A stretch of DNA of 64,000 nucleotides, taken from sequence record KJ019142.1; one strand, written 5' to 3'. This document shows, piece by piece, positions 1 to 11,698 of this stretch. Numbering within the stretch: position 1 is the first letter of the stretch; each line of letters starts with the position of its first letter. The notes under the pieces were generated by a model. The model was not told the DNA's origin, searched no databases, and saw only the letters and a list, made by a program, of their open reading frames with translations. The position numbers and the translations under genes are program-made.

Positions 1-1
1 A

Positions 2-3000
2 TTCTTAACTGAACACAAACTCGCCAAGGGTGATGCAATTATCTACGAAAACAACGATACACAAAGTATTGGTGTTAACGTTGCTGGTGGTAGTAACATC
101 TATAATGGCCAGACACTATCTAACGGTGCTGTGTATTTTGCAGAACCCCTTAATAATGTAACCATTAAGATCTATGAGACTCTAGAAGATTTGAACTTGG
201 GTATCAATACCGTTGGGTTCACTTCAAGTCAAACTGGGTTTGGTGTTCAGGACTTTACTACTATTCCTAGAAACCAACTCACTGGTGCTTTCATCACAGA
301 TGATGGTGGTGAGTTTGTATATCGTAAGATGGAGTTCCAACCAGAGAACATCTATCCTGAGTATGATGAGTTGAGATACGACGGTCATGGTTTCTCCAGT
401 GGTGATTTGGTGGAGTATGGAACCTTTGGTTCTGTTGTTGGTGGTCTATCTACTGAGAAGCAATACTATGTTGATGCTTTAGATGAAAATATCATCAAAC
501 TATCTGATGCCGGTATTGGTGGAACAAGTAGGTTTGACTATGATAGGAAGGACTATGTTGATTTCACCAACATTGGTGTTGGAACACAGTTTATCAAGTA
601 TCCTGATGTCACTGTCAATGTTGTAGTATCCTATGCCTCGTCTATCACTGGTATCATTACAGCAACACCTATTATCCGCGGTGGTATTATTCAAACATAT
701 GTTGAGACTGGAGGATACTATGGTTCTGATATTCTCAACTTTGCCAAGACACCAGAAGTAACAGTTCAGACTGGTGAAGGTGCTAGAATCAAACCAGTTA
801 TTGTTAATGGTAAGGTTACCACAGTTCAGATTCTAAGTAAGGGTATCAACTACCCACCCACACCAGATATTCGTGTTATTGATAAGTCCCGTAAAGGTGC
901 TGGTGCTCTTCTTCGCCCAGTAGTTATTGATGGTGTTATCCAGAGTGTTGTTGTTATTAGCACTGGTGAAAACTATGATCCATTGAATACTGATATTACA
1001 GTAATTGATCCTGCTAGACGATGTATTCTTGTTCCTAGAATTACACCTCTCACAGTTAATACCTTTGCTAGATTTGGATTCGAAGGTCTATCTAATAATG
1101 ACTACTCGGTTGTTGCCTATGACAGAAAGATTCGTGAGGATGTATATGGTGACCTAGGTGCTTCCCACTCACCCATCATTGGTTGGGCAAACGATGGTAA
1201 CCCCATCTATGGTGGTTTTGGTTTCGATGATCCAGAGAACTCCAGTTCTGGTTTCCGGGCGATGAGAACTTCCTATGAACTCTTCCCTGGTGAGATCTAT
1301 GGTCGTCCCCCACTAACACTATATCCTGCTGGTTCTTTTGTTGAGGACTACAAGTTTACAGATAATGGTGATCTAGACATCTATAATGGTAGGTATGGTA
1401 GAACTCCTGAGTACCCTAATGGTGTGTATGCATACTTCGCTGGTATCTCCACTGATACTCAGTCACTAGCAAGAGAACCACAATTCCCTTACTTCATTGG
1501 TCCTGAGTTTAGGGATGGATTGGGTATTCAAGATAATACTGTATCCCAAGATTTTGATATTAATAATAAGGATATTTTCCGTAATACTTTCCCATATGCC
1601 GTAGGTAACCCTATTATCGGCAGTGAGTTCCTAGATCAATCATACTTAGAGGATACTCAGGATTCTATTATACAATCTATCAATAATGGTACTGTTGATA
1701 ACTTAACCATCGTTGGTGCTGGTGTTAGTTACTCTGTTGGTGATATTGTTAATTTTGATGATACTTTCGACTACATTAGTGTAGTTGTAGATCAGGTAGA
1801 TGGTCCCGAGGTAACACAGATTCAAACTCTCATCAAGAGTTATGGTAAAGCAGAAACCAAAGTCATTAAAGTTGATAACACAACTGTTCGTGTTTATGTT
1901 GATCCCTTCCACGAGTATCTTGATGGAGATAAAGTTGTAATTAGTGGTCTATCAACAAACACAGATCAACTCAACGGGACTCATGAGATTAACTTCATGA
2001 GGGAGCAAATGACAATGTTTGCTCCTATTCCTCCTACTTTGTTTGAGACAGTATCTGATATCTTTGTCAATACTATTTCAGATAAGGTTTCTGTTGGTTC
2101 TAGTATTACTGTTGGTCTTGGCACTCTATCGGAGGATATGGAAGTTATCAACATCTTCCCTATTAATAAGGCACTTCGGGTTAAGAGACCAGTAGGTTAT
2201 GGTTTCACACACCCAATTGGTGATGCTGTTAACATTGCTCCTAATTACTTTGATATTAAGAAGAATGTAGATTCATTCCCGTCTGAGATTGATGTTGAGT
2301 ACTACTTCAACCCACACCAAACAGTGGCAGTTGGATTGGAGACTGGTGTAAGTGTTGGTTTGGTGTATTCAATTGGTACTATCGATAAGAATATCTCAGT
2401 ACAGACTCAAAGAATATATGCACCATCCCATGGTTTCAGAACTGGTGAGGAGATTACTTTTGAGAAGAATGATACTGATACTGCATTAGTTGTAACAGAC
2501 GGTAGTACTGTATATACACTACCTGGTGTAGGTAATACAAGTAACGCATATGTTGTATCACTATCCAAAAACTATATTGGTATTAGAACAGTAACAGATG
2601 GTCCTGATCTATTCTTCTCTACTGATGGTTCCGATTCTCCTCTATATTCTATTAAGACTAATCGTTTCGCTGAGACTGCATTAGTAGATAGAATTCAGGC
2701 AGAAGTTAAAACGAAAACGGATCATAGGTTGGGGAATGACGATCAGATATTTACTGATGTTATTTCTTCTGGAAAATCAGGTGTAGGTACTAACCCCAAC
2801 ATCAAACTTGAGTTCGATGATTCATCACAATCACTTATTGTAGATCCATACTTCACACAACCTAGTGATATTGATACGGTTAATAACCTAATTAATATCA
2901 ATAACCACGGTTATACTAATGGGGATATTGTTCTATATCAAAACTATGGAAGTTCTATTGGTGGTTTAACAACTCATCACAAATATTACACTATTCCCTT

Positions 3001-6000
3001 TGATAGGGATAAGTTCTATGTTGCTGAAACATTTGTTGATGTAAGACCCGGAACTAAACTACCTGTGAATCTAACTTCTGTTGGTATTGGTTCCCATAAG
3101 TTCTCCAAGGTCAATCCACCACTACTCATCACTAATAATAATGATATTGAGTTTGATGTGTCATCACCAACTCTATTTGGTAAAACACTAGAATTCTTCT
3201 TTGATCGGACTCTAACTGAAATATTTGATAATAACAGTATAGACAATGTATTTGTTGTTTCTGGTGTATCTACTGAGGGATACGAGGATGCTAGGAAGTC
3301 TATTAGATACTCTGATAACAATCCAGATGTATTCTTCTATGGTATTACTGAAGGTGGTTATATTTCCACTGCAGATACTGAAGTATCTAGAAACAACTCT
3401 ATTAGATATGAGGCAAGTGAGTACGCAATTGAAGGTAGAGTAACCGTTATAGACGATAGCACCTTTACCTATACACTCAATACTATTCCCGAGAAGCCAC
3501 TATACACTAATCCTGATACACAACTCTCATACAAGACTTCCTCTAGTACTGCTCTAGGTGGTGTTGGTAGATTGAATATCATCTTCAGTGGTAATAACTT
3601 CCCAGCTCTACCTGAGTTTGAGGGTATTCAAACTGAGTATGGGCAGAACGCAACTATCAGAGCAGAGTCTGATGATATTGGAACACTTGCTTCCTTCAGA
3701 ATCCAGAACGCTGGTTGGGATTACTCCGCTGATAATACACTTCGCCCCTTTGGTGTTATTCAACCAACCATTAGATTTGATAATAGTGACTTTGTTACTG
3801 AGGTTACTGTTCTTGATGGTGGTAATGGATATCAGAACCCCCCTAATGCTGTTCTAGTAGACTCTGTAACAAGAGAAGTAGTAGATAATGGATCTATCAT
3901 CCTAGAGGTACAATCATCCACCATCACAGATGTTATTGTTGAGGTTGCTCCTTCTGGTTTATCCAAGGATCTCCAAGAACTATGGACTGTCAATAATAGT
4001 AATGGTATTCCTATCCTACTAATTGGTAACATTGATAATGTTGCTGGTGTAGTTACATATACAGTACAGACTCCTATTGAGGGTTATGCAACACCACCAT
4101 TCTCAGTTGGTGATAGAGTATTTGTTGAGAATATTCTAGTAGATCAAGATGCTCCCCCCTCTAAACTCAATTCTGGTGATTATGGGTATCAGTTCTTGGA
4201 AGTTGTTGCCGTAACACCAACAAACCCAATCACTATTGGTATTCAGTATCCTGAAGAAGCTATTGGTAACCTAGGTTATGGTGTTACTTTCCAACAGGCT
4301 TTCTCTGGTATTGTTAACGAGGATATCTATCCTAAGTTTGCAGTACAACAGACAACTGCAGTCTTCCTAGAGGGTGAGAGACTTTCTATCTTTGATTCCT
4401 TTGGTAATCTTGATGAGACTGACCTAGTTGTGGAAGAGTCCAACACTAGTTTCTTTAAAGTTACTGGAAACTATGATTTATTGGTTGGTGATGTACTCAA
4501 GGGTAACAATAGTGGTGTTATTTTAACTGTTACTGAAATTGACAGTAGTAGTTGTAGATATCTAGTTGATTCTATCTCCAGAATCAACACTGGTTGGAAC
4601 GATAAGACAGGTTTCCTTAATGAGGAGACACAGAACCTACCAGATAACGATTACTATCAGAATCTATCTTACTCCATTAAGAGTACAATTAACTTCGAGG
4701 AACTTATCAACCCAGTCAATAGATTAGTACACCCTTCCGGTCTAAAGAACTTCTCTGATACCAAGATTGAGTCTATCGGTGATATTGGTGTTGGTAGTAG
4801 TGAGAGCTCTGAGTCAACAGTTACTATTGACTTTATTGGTCTAACTGATATAGCAGAAACTCCACTGAGAGTTGATCGCATCAATGTATTCGACTTGGGT
4901 TGGGATGCCAATGTCAATAACAACAGATCTAACGCCATTAGACTTCAGAGTAGAACTCCTAACAAGAGACTAACTGACTATATCGAAGTTCGTACTAACA
5001 GAGTATTGATGCATGACGACATCAGTAACGAGTTTATTGACTCAGATAACGCCTCTTCCAAGTCCCCCTATAGTGAGTTCAATATTATCACTGGTGAATA
5101 TACCAGAGGATTGGTTCAGGCAAGAAATCCCTTCACTGATCAAGTTCAATTCACTGAGATTATTGTTTTATCAGTTGATAACAGTGCCTTCACTTTACAG
5201 AAGGCGAGTATCTCTGATAATGATCTTGGTTATGGTATCTTTGAGGGTAGATCTTTAGCTAGTAGTGAATATCAAATGAGATTCACTCCCTTCAACACAG
5301 ATGATTTTGATATTGACCTAAAACTACTATCCCATAAGTTTATCTTTAGTGGTGAGTCAGCTGAAGAGATTGGATATGTAAACCTAGCCGGTAATACACT
5401 ATCTACACCAGACGCTGCTAGTACTCAAATATATGGAGCTAGTAATAGTAATAATAGAGCAGTTGTTGTTCACGCAAATATTACCACAATTGATGGTCTT
5501 CTTTATTACTATGAGATATATGCTTTTACTGATGGTACTGATGTATACTATGCACCTTATGGTTATAGTAGTGATGTACTAAAGGGTTTCAATAGTGAGT
5601 TGGATGGTGATTTTAACGCCACACTACAAGGTGGTAAGTTGGCAATCTACTTCACTAATAATACTGGTGGTCCAGTTAGTATCACCACCAAGTCTATTGA
5701 GTTCAAGCAGTCTTTCAGTGGAACATCACCTTATAGATTTAAGAAAAATAATGTTCCTGATACTGAAGAAAGAAGTATTATTCTAGACTCAGTATCCACT
5801 GCGGGTGTTAGTACACAAACCACTGAGGTATTCAGATACGACACCACTCTATTCCAGAGTGTTAGATCTATCGTTCATATCTCTGGTACGGATGTTGGTG
5901 CCATTCATCAGGTAATGACTATCAATAGTGATGGTTCTACTTATTGTGAAGTGTATCCTTTCATTACTGAGGGTGATGAGGTAGATTCTACTTCTGGTAT

Positions 6001-9000
6001 TGGTACCTTTGGTTCATCAATTGATGGAACTGATATGGTTCTAACTTTCTATCCAGATGCAGCTATTGGAAGTCAGGCACTAACTCTCACCTCCTATAAC
6101 GAAACATTCTATAGAGAATTAGATGAAGTTAACTACACATTCGGTAGACCATTAGTTTATTCTGAGAGTGAGGAGAACTACTACCTAGAGAGGTATATTG
6201 CTCCTCTAGGTTTGAGAAACAACCTACTTAGATTCCCTCTGACATACGAAGGTATTCCCATCTATGAGAAGGCATTTGATCCAGCAACTACAATTAGCAT
6301 AAACAACGGTAATTTGACATTGTTCAACATTACTGAGCACTTCTTTAGTCCAGCTGAAGAACTATATTACCTACCAGATACAACTTTAGCTAACAACCTC
6401 AAATCTCCTATCGAGATTCAACCAGTTGTTGATTATAGAGGTATAACAACTTCTACAATGCCTGACAGAGTGTATGCCATCAAGAGGGATCTAAATGTAT
6501 TCCAACTAGCACCAACTGCATCTGATGCACTTGCTGGTCAAGCAATTGTTATCACTGGGTTTGGTACTGGTATTTCCCATAGATTGGGTATGATGAAGAA
6601 GCTAGAGAAGACTATCATTACCATTGATGGTGTTATCCAGTCTCCTATTACTAGCGCACTCAAAACATTCAATCTAGATGCACCACTAGGTTTTGATGAC
6701 GAATATGCAGTTCTAACTGGTATTGGTACTATTCGTGTTGGTGATCTATTTCTAATTGATGAGGAGTACTTAAAGATTGATAATGTTGGATTATCTACAT
6801 CACAGACTGGTCCTATTAGTAATACTGGTACTATTCCTCTAATTGAAATTAGTAGAGGTGTTGTTGGTTCTTCCGCAACTAGTCATACTAGTGGTTCTGA
6901 TCTCGATCTATACAGAGGTAGCTTCAATATTGTTGAGAGTGACGTTGTATTCACCGAAGCACCTGCTGGTAGGGGTGAGATTAATATCAATGAGTCCAAC
7001 CTAGTACAGGTTAACTCATCATTCCAAGGTAGAACATTCCTACAGAGAGAGTATGATCAGATTGCACTATTTGATGATATCAGTGATTTGTTCAATGGTT
7101 CAGATTATGAGTTCAACATTACTTCCGCTGGTAGTACTATTGGTGAGATTGAGAACGGTTCTGGTGTTCTAACTATCAACGATATCTACCAAACTCCAAC
7201 TACCGATAACAACGCAGGTAACAACTATTTCTATAGTTATGGAGCACAAACTGGTATCAATACTCTAACCTTTACTGGTATTACTTCCACTAATGGTCAG
7301 AGAGTTGAGTCTAGATTTGATATCAATCAGAACCAGATTCCTCGCGGTGGTGTTATCGTATCACTAGGTTCTACACCTGGTTTGGGATACGCCCCACTCT
7401 ATGGAGCAAAGATAACTCCAGTAGTTACTGGTGGTGTTATTACTGATATTGTATCAACCAATAGAGTTGGTTTTACAACTGATGTTCTTTGGGCAGACTA
7501 TGATAACGAAACTGGTGACTTGGTTGTTTCTGGTATTGGATCGGCACTAACCACACAGTTCAACATCACAGATGCCGACTATCGTAACACCTCCGGCGTC
7601 CTAATTATTACGAGCGCAACTTCTCTAATATCTGCTGGTATCAACCCAGGTGATATTATGTATCTGAGAGGTATGGACTTCTCCTGTACTTCAGGTGGAG
7701 CACCTGCCACACTTACATACCCAGACCAAGACCCAGTATACGCTGTGGATAGGATTGTAGATGAGTTTAGGTTCTCAGTGAACGCTGGAATATCTACTAT
7801 TCCACATACTTATGTTTCTGGTGGTACCTGGCAAAAGTATTCACCATTCCAGTTTGGAAGGGAACAGATTAACCCCAAACAGGTTTATCTAAATGGTTTG
7901 GAGTTTGATTGTACCAATAGTCCATTCATCACTACCAATATCTTCCCTGATAGTTTCGAGTCAGCATCTTTTGTTACTCGTGATGATGATGCACACTTCA
8001 GACTAAACGTTGGTATCGCAAGTTTCACACACGACTATGTTGGTAGTGGAATCTTTGGTCAGTATATTGAAAACAACCCAGGTTCTGGTTATATCGATAG
8101 AGTTTCTATCGCAGTTACTGATCCCAACCACTCTGGAACACCTGCAGAGATTGTGGGTATCCCAACTGCTGGTGGTGAGCTATCATTCACAATTATTGGT
8201 GGTGGTTCTGGATATAACCAACCAACCACAGATACCTTTGCTCCTGATCCAGCATACTTTAACCTTCCAGTTATTGGTGTATCTAGGAGAAATATTGGAT
8301 TCACAACTATCACTGGTAAGAATCTCTTTGTAACTGTTGAGGTATCAGCAGCAACCACCACGGCAATCGGTCGTAGTGAGTTCTTTGAAGTTAGTGGTTA
8401 CCAAATCACTAACCAGGGTTATGGTTTTGAAGAAGGTGATGTTATTGAGGTTGTTGGTATTCCTACTGATAAGAATCTATCCCAACCAATTGAACCCTTC
8501 CAACTCACAGTTCTAGACACCTTCACCGATAACTTCTCCGCCTGGAACTTCGGTGAAACTGATTATATTGATAGTATCAAGACTCTACAGGATGGTTCAA
8601 GACTTAACTTCCCACTTTCATACAAAGGTGAGGAACTATCCTTCGAATCAAATCCCTCCAATGAAGACTCTGCGGCAATTGATTTAGACGCTATCCTCCT
8701 CATCTATGTGAATACAGTACTACAAGTACCTGGTGTAAGTTATGAGTTTACTGGTGGTAACACCTTTACATTCTCACAACCACCATTCCCACAGGATGAT
8801 GTTGATATTTACTTCTATAGAGGTAAGAGGAATATTGATAGTACAGTTATTACTGAAATTGATGAATCTATTAGACCTGGTGATCAGTTACAACTTGTTA
8901 AAAACAATAAGTACAATGACAATGTATTCATTGACCTAACCAGAACACAGGACCTTAGAACAGTCACAGAGATTGCTTCTTCTGACACAGTTAGAACTAA

Positions 9001-10099
9001 TATCTACTTTGGTAACAAAGACTTAGATACTCTAAGAGAAAGGCAAGTCGGTTGGGAAAAACAGAAGAGAGATATCTTCATCTATGGTGAACCAGCACCT
9101 AAGACTAGAGATAGTCTAGAACCTGTTATTGTACCAACAGCGGCAATCATCAGAGATACCTCCAAATCACAAACAGAACTCTTTGTTAGTAACTCTGAGA
9201 TATTTGTTTATGAAGAAGATGTTCCTGGTTCTAGTATTGTTCTAACCAATATCAGTGGTGAGATCTATAGACCAGTTGAGTATAAGTACAATCCACCAGT
9301 ACTATTCGAACCCGCGTCAATACGCGCGAATGTAGATGGTAATGGTAAAGTAACTTCACTCACAATCCTAGACGCAGGACAAGGTTACCCAACAGGTACT
9401 GAAATCACTATTGGTATTTCTTCCACGGGTGATAGGGCAGAGGTTGGTACTACTATCCTCAATCCAATTGATGGTTCTATTATCTCTGTTATCCTATCTA
9501 AGAGTGGATCTGGTTACAATCAAAGTAACCCACCATTCGTTCTTATTTCAGAACCACAGGTAGATATTGAACCTTTGGAACTTATTCCAAATATCCAAGG
9601 TTTCAGTGGTATTGTTACTGGTATTCAGGCAACTACAGGTTCCTCTGGGGCAACCAAGGGTATCCGGGTATTCTACACAGTAGATTCCACAGTTGTTGCT
9701 TCTGAACTAAATGCAGGTTACTCAGTTGTTCTATCTAATACTGTTGTTGGTAATGGTGTTGAAACTATCGGAACTAACGCAGCAACCGTGGTTGGTTTGG
9801 GAACACAGTTCCTAGATGCTGTTTATGAGATTAGGTCTAATGGTAACCTAGGAATAAATGGTGTATGGGAAGCAAATGTATCCAATGGAACTAACATATC
9901 TGGTATTGATATTTCTGGAGATAACCTCGGAAGTTTCAGCTGGGGTAGGTTATCCAATGTTCCAAGAGATATTGATTTGGCACTCTCATACAATGTAGAT
10001 GGAACTACATACTCACCCAATATGGATAACTACCCAACTCTCAAGAGAAGTAGTGAAGGTCTCCGTAACGAAGGTGGTATCGCTAAGAGGGTTCTGTAG
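2..10099 (+). CDS. Giant virion structural protein, probable baseplate wedge initiator (gp7-like); 5'-truncated by the window edge
   Basis: The frame is open from position 2 (FLTEHKLAKGDAIIYEN...), so the GTG at 131 is not the true start. It lies directly upstream of g8, has Gly/Thr/Val-rich beta-repeats (GxGY) and a YHYH-like segment (HSPIIGWANDGNPIYG...NGVYAYF). Confidence 0.7.
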   Translation, partial: FLTEHKLAKGDAIIYENNDTQSIGVNVAGGSNIYNGQTLSNGAVYFAEPLNNVTIKIYETLEDLNLGINTVGFTSSQTGFGVQDFTTIPRNQLTGAFITDDGGEFVYRKMEFQPENIYPEYDELRYDGHGFSSGDLVEYGTFGSVVGGLSTEKQYYVDALDENIIKLSDAGIGGTSRFDYDRKDYVDFTNIGVGTQFIKYPDVTVNVVVSYASSITGIITATPIIRGGIIQTYVETGGYYGSDILNFAKTPEVTVQTGEGARIKPVIVNGKVTTVQILSKGINYPPTPDIRVIDKSRKGAGALLRPVVIDGVIQSVVVISTGENYDPLNTDITVIDPARRCILVPRITPLTVNTFARFGFEGLSNNDYSVVAYDRKIREDVYGDLGASHSPIIGWANDGNPIYGGFGFDDPENSSSGFRAMRTSYELFPGEIYGRPPLTLYPAGSFVEDYKFTDNGDLDIYNGRYGRTPEYPNGVYAYFAGISTDTQSLAREPQFPYFIGPEFRDGLGIQDNTVSQDFDINNKDIFRNTFPYAVGNPIIGSEFLDQSYLEDTQDSIIQSINNGTVDNLTIVGAGVSYSVGDIVNFDDTFDYISVVVDQVDGPEVTQIQTLIKSYGKAETKVIKVDNTTVRVYVDPFHEYLDGDKVVISGLSTNTDQLNGTHEINFMREQMTMFAPIPPTLFETVSDIFVNTISDKVSVGSSITVGLGTLSEDMEVINIFPINKALRVKRPVGYGFTHPIGDAVNIAPNYFDIKKNVDSFPSEIDVEYYFNPHQTVAVGLETGVSVGLVYSIGTIDKNISVQTQRIYAPSHGFRTGEEITFEKNDTDTALVVTDGSTVYTLPGVGNTSNAYVVSLSKNYIGIRTVTDGPDLFFSTDGSDSPLYSIKTNRFAETALVDRIQAEVKTKTDHRLGNDDQIFTDVISSGKSGVGTNPNIKLEFDDSSQSLIVDPYFTQPSDIDTVNNLININNHGYTNGDIVLYQNYGSSIGGLTTHHKYYTIPFDRDKFYVAETFVDVRPGTKLPVNLTSVGIGSHKFSKVNPPLLITNNNDIEFDVSSPTLFGKTLEFFFDRTLTEIFDNNSIDNVFVVSGVSTEGYEDARKSIRYSDNNPDVFFYGITEGGYISTADTEVSRNNSIRYEASEYAIEGRVTVIDDSTFTYTLNTIPEKPLYTNPDTQLSYKTSSSTALGGVGRLNIIFSGNNFPALPEFEGIQTEYGQNATIRAESDDIGTLASFRIQNAGWDYSADNTLRPFGVIQPTIRFDNSDFVTEVTVLDGGNGYQNPPNAVLVDSVTREVVDNGSIILEVQSSTITDVIVEVAPSGLSKDLQELWTVNNSNGIPILLIGNIDNVAGVVTYTVQTPIEGYATPPFSVGDRVFVENILVDQDAPPSKLNSGDYGYQFLEVVAVTPTNPITIGIQYPEEAIGNLGYGVTFQQAFSGIVNEDIYPKFAVQQTTAVFLEGERLSIFDSFGNLDETDLVVEESNTSFFKVTGNYDLLVGDVLKGNNSGVILTVTEIDSSSCRYLVDSISRINTGWNDKTGFLNEETQNLPDNDYYQNLSYSIKSTINFEELINPVNRLVHPSGLKNFSDTKIESIGDIGVGSSESSESTVTIDFIGLTDIAETPLRVDRINVFDLGWDANVNNNRSNAIRLQSRTPNKRLTDYIEVRTNRVLMHDDISNEFIDSDNASSKSPYSEFNIITGEYTRGLVQARNPFTDQVQFTEIIVLSVDNSAFTLQKASISDNDLGYGIFEGRSLASSEYQMRFTPFNTDDFDIDLKLLSHKFIFSGESAEEIGYVNLAGNTLSTPDAASTQIYGASNSNNRAVVVHANITTIDGLLYYYEIYAFTDGTDVYYAPYGYSSDVLKGFNSELDGDFNATLQGGKLAIYFTNNTGGPVSITTKSIEFKQSFSGTSPYRFKKNNVPDTEERSIILDSVSTAGVSTQTTEVFRYDTTLFQSVRSIVHISGTDVGAIHQVMTINSDGSTYCEVYPFITEGDEVDSTSGIGTFGSSIDGTDMVLTFYPDAAIGSQALTLTSYNETFYRELDEVNYTFGRPLVYSESEENYYLERYIAPLGLRNNLLRFPLTYEGIPIYEKAFDPATTISINNGNLTLFNITEHFFSPAEELYYLPDTTLANNLKSPIEIQPVVDYRGITTSTMPDRVYAIKRDLNVFQLAPTASDALAGQAIVITGFGTGISHRLGMMKKLEKTIITIDGVIQSPITSALKTFNLDAPLGFDDEYAVLTGIGTIRVGDLFLIDEEYLKIDNVGLSTSQTGPISNTGTIPLIEISRGVVGSSATSHTSGSDLDLYRGSFNIVESDVVFTEAPAGRGEININESNLVQVNSSFQGRTFLQREYDQIALFDDISDLFNGSDYEFNITSAGSTIGEIENGSGVLTINDIYQTPTTDNNAGNNYFYSYGAQTGINTLTFTGITSTNGQRVESRFDINQNQIPRGGVIVSLGSTPGLGYAPLYGAKITPVVTGGVITDIVSTNRVGFTTDVLWADYDNETGDLVVSGIGSALTTQFNITDADYRNTSGVLIITSATSLISAGINPGDIMYLRGMDFSCTSGGAPATLTYPDQDPVYAVDRIVDEFRFSVNAGISTIPHTYVSGGTWQKYSPFQFGREQINPKQVYLNGLEFDCTNSPFITTNIFPDSFESASFVTRDDDAHFRLNVGIASFTHDYVGSGIFGQYIENNPGSGYIDRVSIAVTDPNHSGTPAEIVGIPTAGGELSFTIIGGGSGYNQPTTDTFAPDPAYFNLPVIGVSRRNIGFTTITGKNLFVTVEVSAATTTAIGRSEFFEVSGYQITNQGYGFEEGDVIEVVGIPTDKNLSQPIEPFQLTVLDTFTDNFSAWNFGETDYIDSIKTLQDGSRLNFPLSYKGEELSFESNPSNEDSAAIDLDAILLIYVNTVLQVPGVSYEFTGGNTFTFSQPPFPQDDVDIYFYRGKRNIDSTVITEIDESIRPGDQLQLVKNNKYNDNVFIDLTRTQDLRTVTEIASSDTVRTNIYFGNKDLDTLRERQVGWEKQKRDIFIYGEPAPKTRDSLEPVIVPTAAIIRDTSKSQTELFVSNSEIFVYEEDVPGSSIVLTNISGEIYRPVEYKYNPPVLFEPASIRANVDGNGKVTSLTILDAGQGYPTGTEITIGISSTGDRAEVGTTILNPIDGSIISVILSKSGSGYNQSNPPFVLISEPQVDIEPLELIPNIQGFSGIVTGIQATTGSSGATKGIRVFYTVDSTVVASELNAGYSVVLSNTVVGNGVETIGTNAATVVGLGTQFLDAVYEIRSNGNLGINGVWEANVSNGTNISGIDISGDNLGSFSWGRLSNVPRDIDLALSYNVDGTTYSPNMDNYPTLKRSSEGLRNEGGIAKRVL

Positions 10100-10104
10100 G
10101 GTGT

Positions 10105-10112
10105 TATAAATA
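10105..10112 (+). promoter_or_regulatory. T4-type late (gp55) promoter TATAAATA
   Basis: Exact T4 late consensus in the intergenic gap before g8. Confidence 0.8.
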
Positions 10113-10150
10113 GGGTTTAGGTACTGTATCCTAAATCCTGTATATACACA

Positions 10151-11695
10151 ATGGCTGCTTTAATCACAGATGATTTTAGGCTGTTTAACGCCGACAACTT
10201 CATCGAATCTGTAACTGATCCGAATAACTCATATTATATCTTTGTAGGTCTTCCCAACCCGGTTGGTGGAGGCTATGGTAGATCCCTTAATTGGAATAAT
10301 GATCCACCACAACCCATCGATAACTTCGCATACCTCCGTCATTGTTATGACACTATGATGTATGGACGAAGAATCACGCCTGGAAATGTCAAGAGGGTGA
10401 TTCGTCGTATCAACTGGGTTAAGGGGACCAGATACGATCAGTATCGAGATGACTATAGTGTGAATAACGTTTCACCTAATACTGGTTCCACCAGACTATA
10501 CGATGCTAACTATTACATTATTAATAGTGAGTTTAAAGTATACATTTGTTTAAGTAATGGTTCTAACGGCAATAACCCTAAGGGTGCTGGATCTGAGGAT
10601 GAACCTAACTTTGTAGACACTGAACCGTCCGCAGCAGGTTCCAGTGGTGATGGATACATATGGAAGTATTTGTTTACAGTATCTCCTTCCGACGTTATCA
10701 AGTTCGATAGTACCGACTACATCACTGTACCCAATGACTGGGGTACAACTGATAACTCACAGATTGTTGCCATTAGAGAAAGTGGAGACTCCCTCATCAA
10801 TGATAGTCAACTAAAACAAGTTTATGTTGATATCCAAGGTGTTGGATATGCTGGAGGTATAGGTCAGGAGTTACCTATTATTGGTGATGGTGAAGGTGCT
10901 AGAGCCATTGTTGATGTCAACTCTGGACGTGTTACTAACGCTATTATTGCCAAGGGTGGTAAGAACTATAGTTGGGGTTTGGTTGATCTTGGTACTATCA
11001 ATCAGAGTGCTACAACAGCAGCCAAACTAGATGTTATCATCCCACCCTCAAGAGGACATGGTTATGATATCTACCAAGAACTAGGTACCGACAGGGTTCT
11101 AGTATATGCTAGATTTGATGACTCTACTCAAGACTTCCCTATTGATACTAAGTTTGCTCAGATTGGTTTAGTTAGAAACCCAACAGTTAATGGATCTAAC
11201 CAGATCTTCACTGAGAACACATTCACTTCCTGTGAATCACTCAAGATGTTATCTTTCAGTGGTGGTGTAGAAGTTGGTGATATTATCAATCAAGATACTA
11301 CAGAAGGTACCGCTAGAGGATATGTTGTTTCCTTTGATGAGGAAACAAAGGTTATGAAGTATATCCAGGATAGGTCACTATACTATAACCCCAATACATA
11401 TGATAATACTGACTATGTTGGTATTACTACTAGTGGAAAGAAGATATCCTTTGAGTCTAATCTAAACCCAGTTGTTACTAACGACGGTTTCCTATCTACT
11501 ATTGATACAACCTTTAATGGATCTACCGAAACAGTGGGTGCCAAATCAGTAGAACTCGGTGTAGAATTCACAAACGGGGTTGCAGTATCGGAGATAAATA
11601 CTCAGAGTGGTGAGATACTTTACTTGGATAACAGACCAGTAGTACCCAGGAATCCACGACAAAAAGAAGACGTTAAGATCATCTTGGAATTCTAA
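10151..11695 (+). CDS. g8: Baseplate wedge subunit gp8
   Basis: N-terminus MAALITDDFRLFNADNFIESV, motifs DGYIWKYLFTV and GEILYLDNRPVV.R...QKEDVKIILEF; synteny. Confidence 0.85.
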   Translation: MAALITDDFRLFNADNFIESVTDPNNSYYIFVGLPNPVGGGYGRSLNWNNDPPQPIDNFAYLRHCYDTMMYGRRITPGNVKRVIRRINWVKGTRYDQYRDDYSVNNVSPNTGSTRLYDANYYIINSEFKVYICLSNGSNGNNPKGAGSEDEPNFVDTEPSAAGSSGDGYIWKYLFTVSPSDVIKFDSTDYITVPNDWGTTDNSQIVAIRESGDSLINDSQLKQVYVDIQGVGYAGGIGQELPIIGDGEGARAIVDVNSGRVTNAIIAKGGKNYSWGLVDLGTINQSATTAAKLDVIIPPSRGHGYDIYQELGTDRVLVYARFDDSTQDFPIDTKFAQIGLVRNPTVNGSNQIFTENTFTSCESLKMLSFSGGVEVGDIINQDTTEGTARGYVVSFDEETKVMKYIQDRSLYYNPNTYDNTDYVGITTSGKKISFESNLNPVVTNDGFLSTIDTTFNGSTETVGAKSVELGVEFTNGVAVSEINTQSGEILYLDNRPVVPRNPRQKEDVKIILEF

Positions 11696-11698
11696 TCA

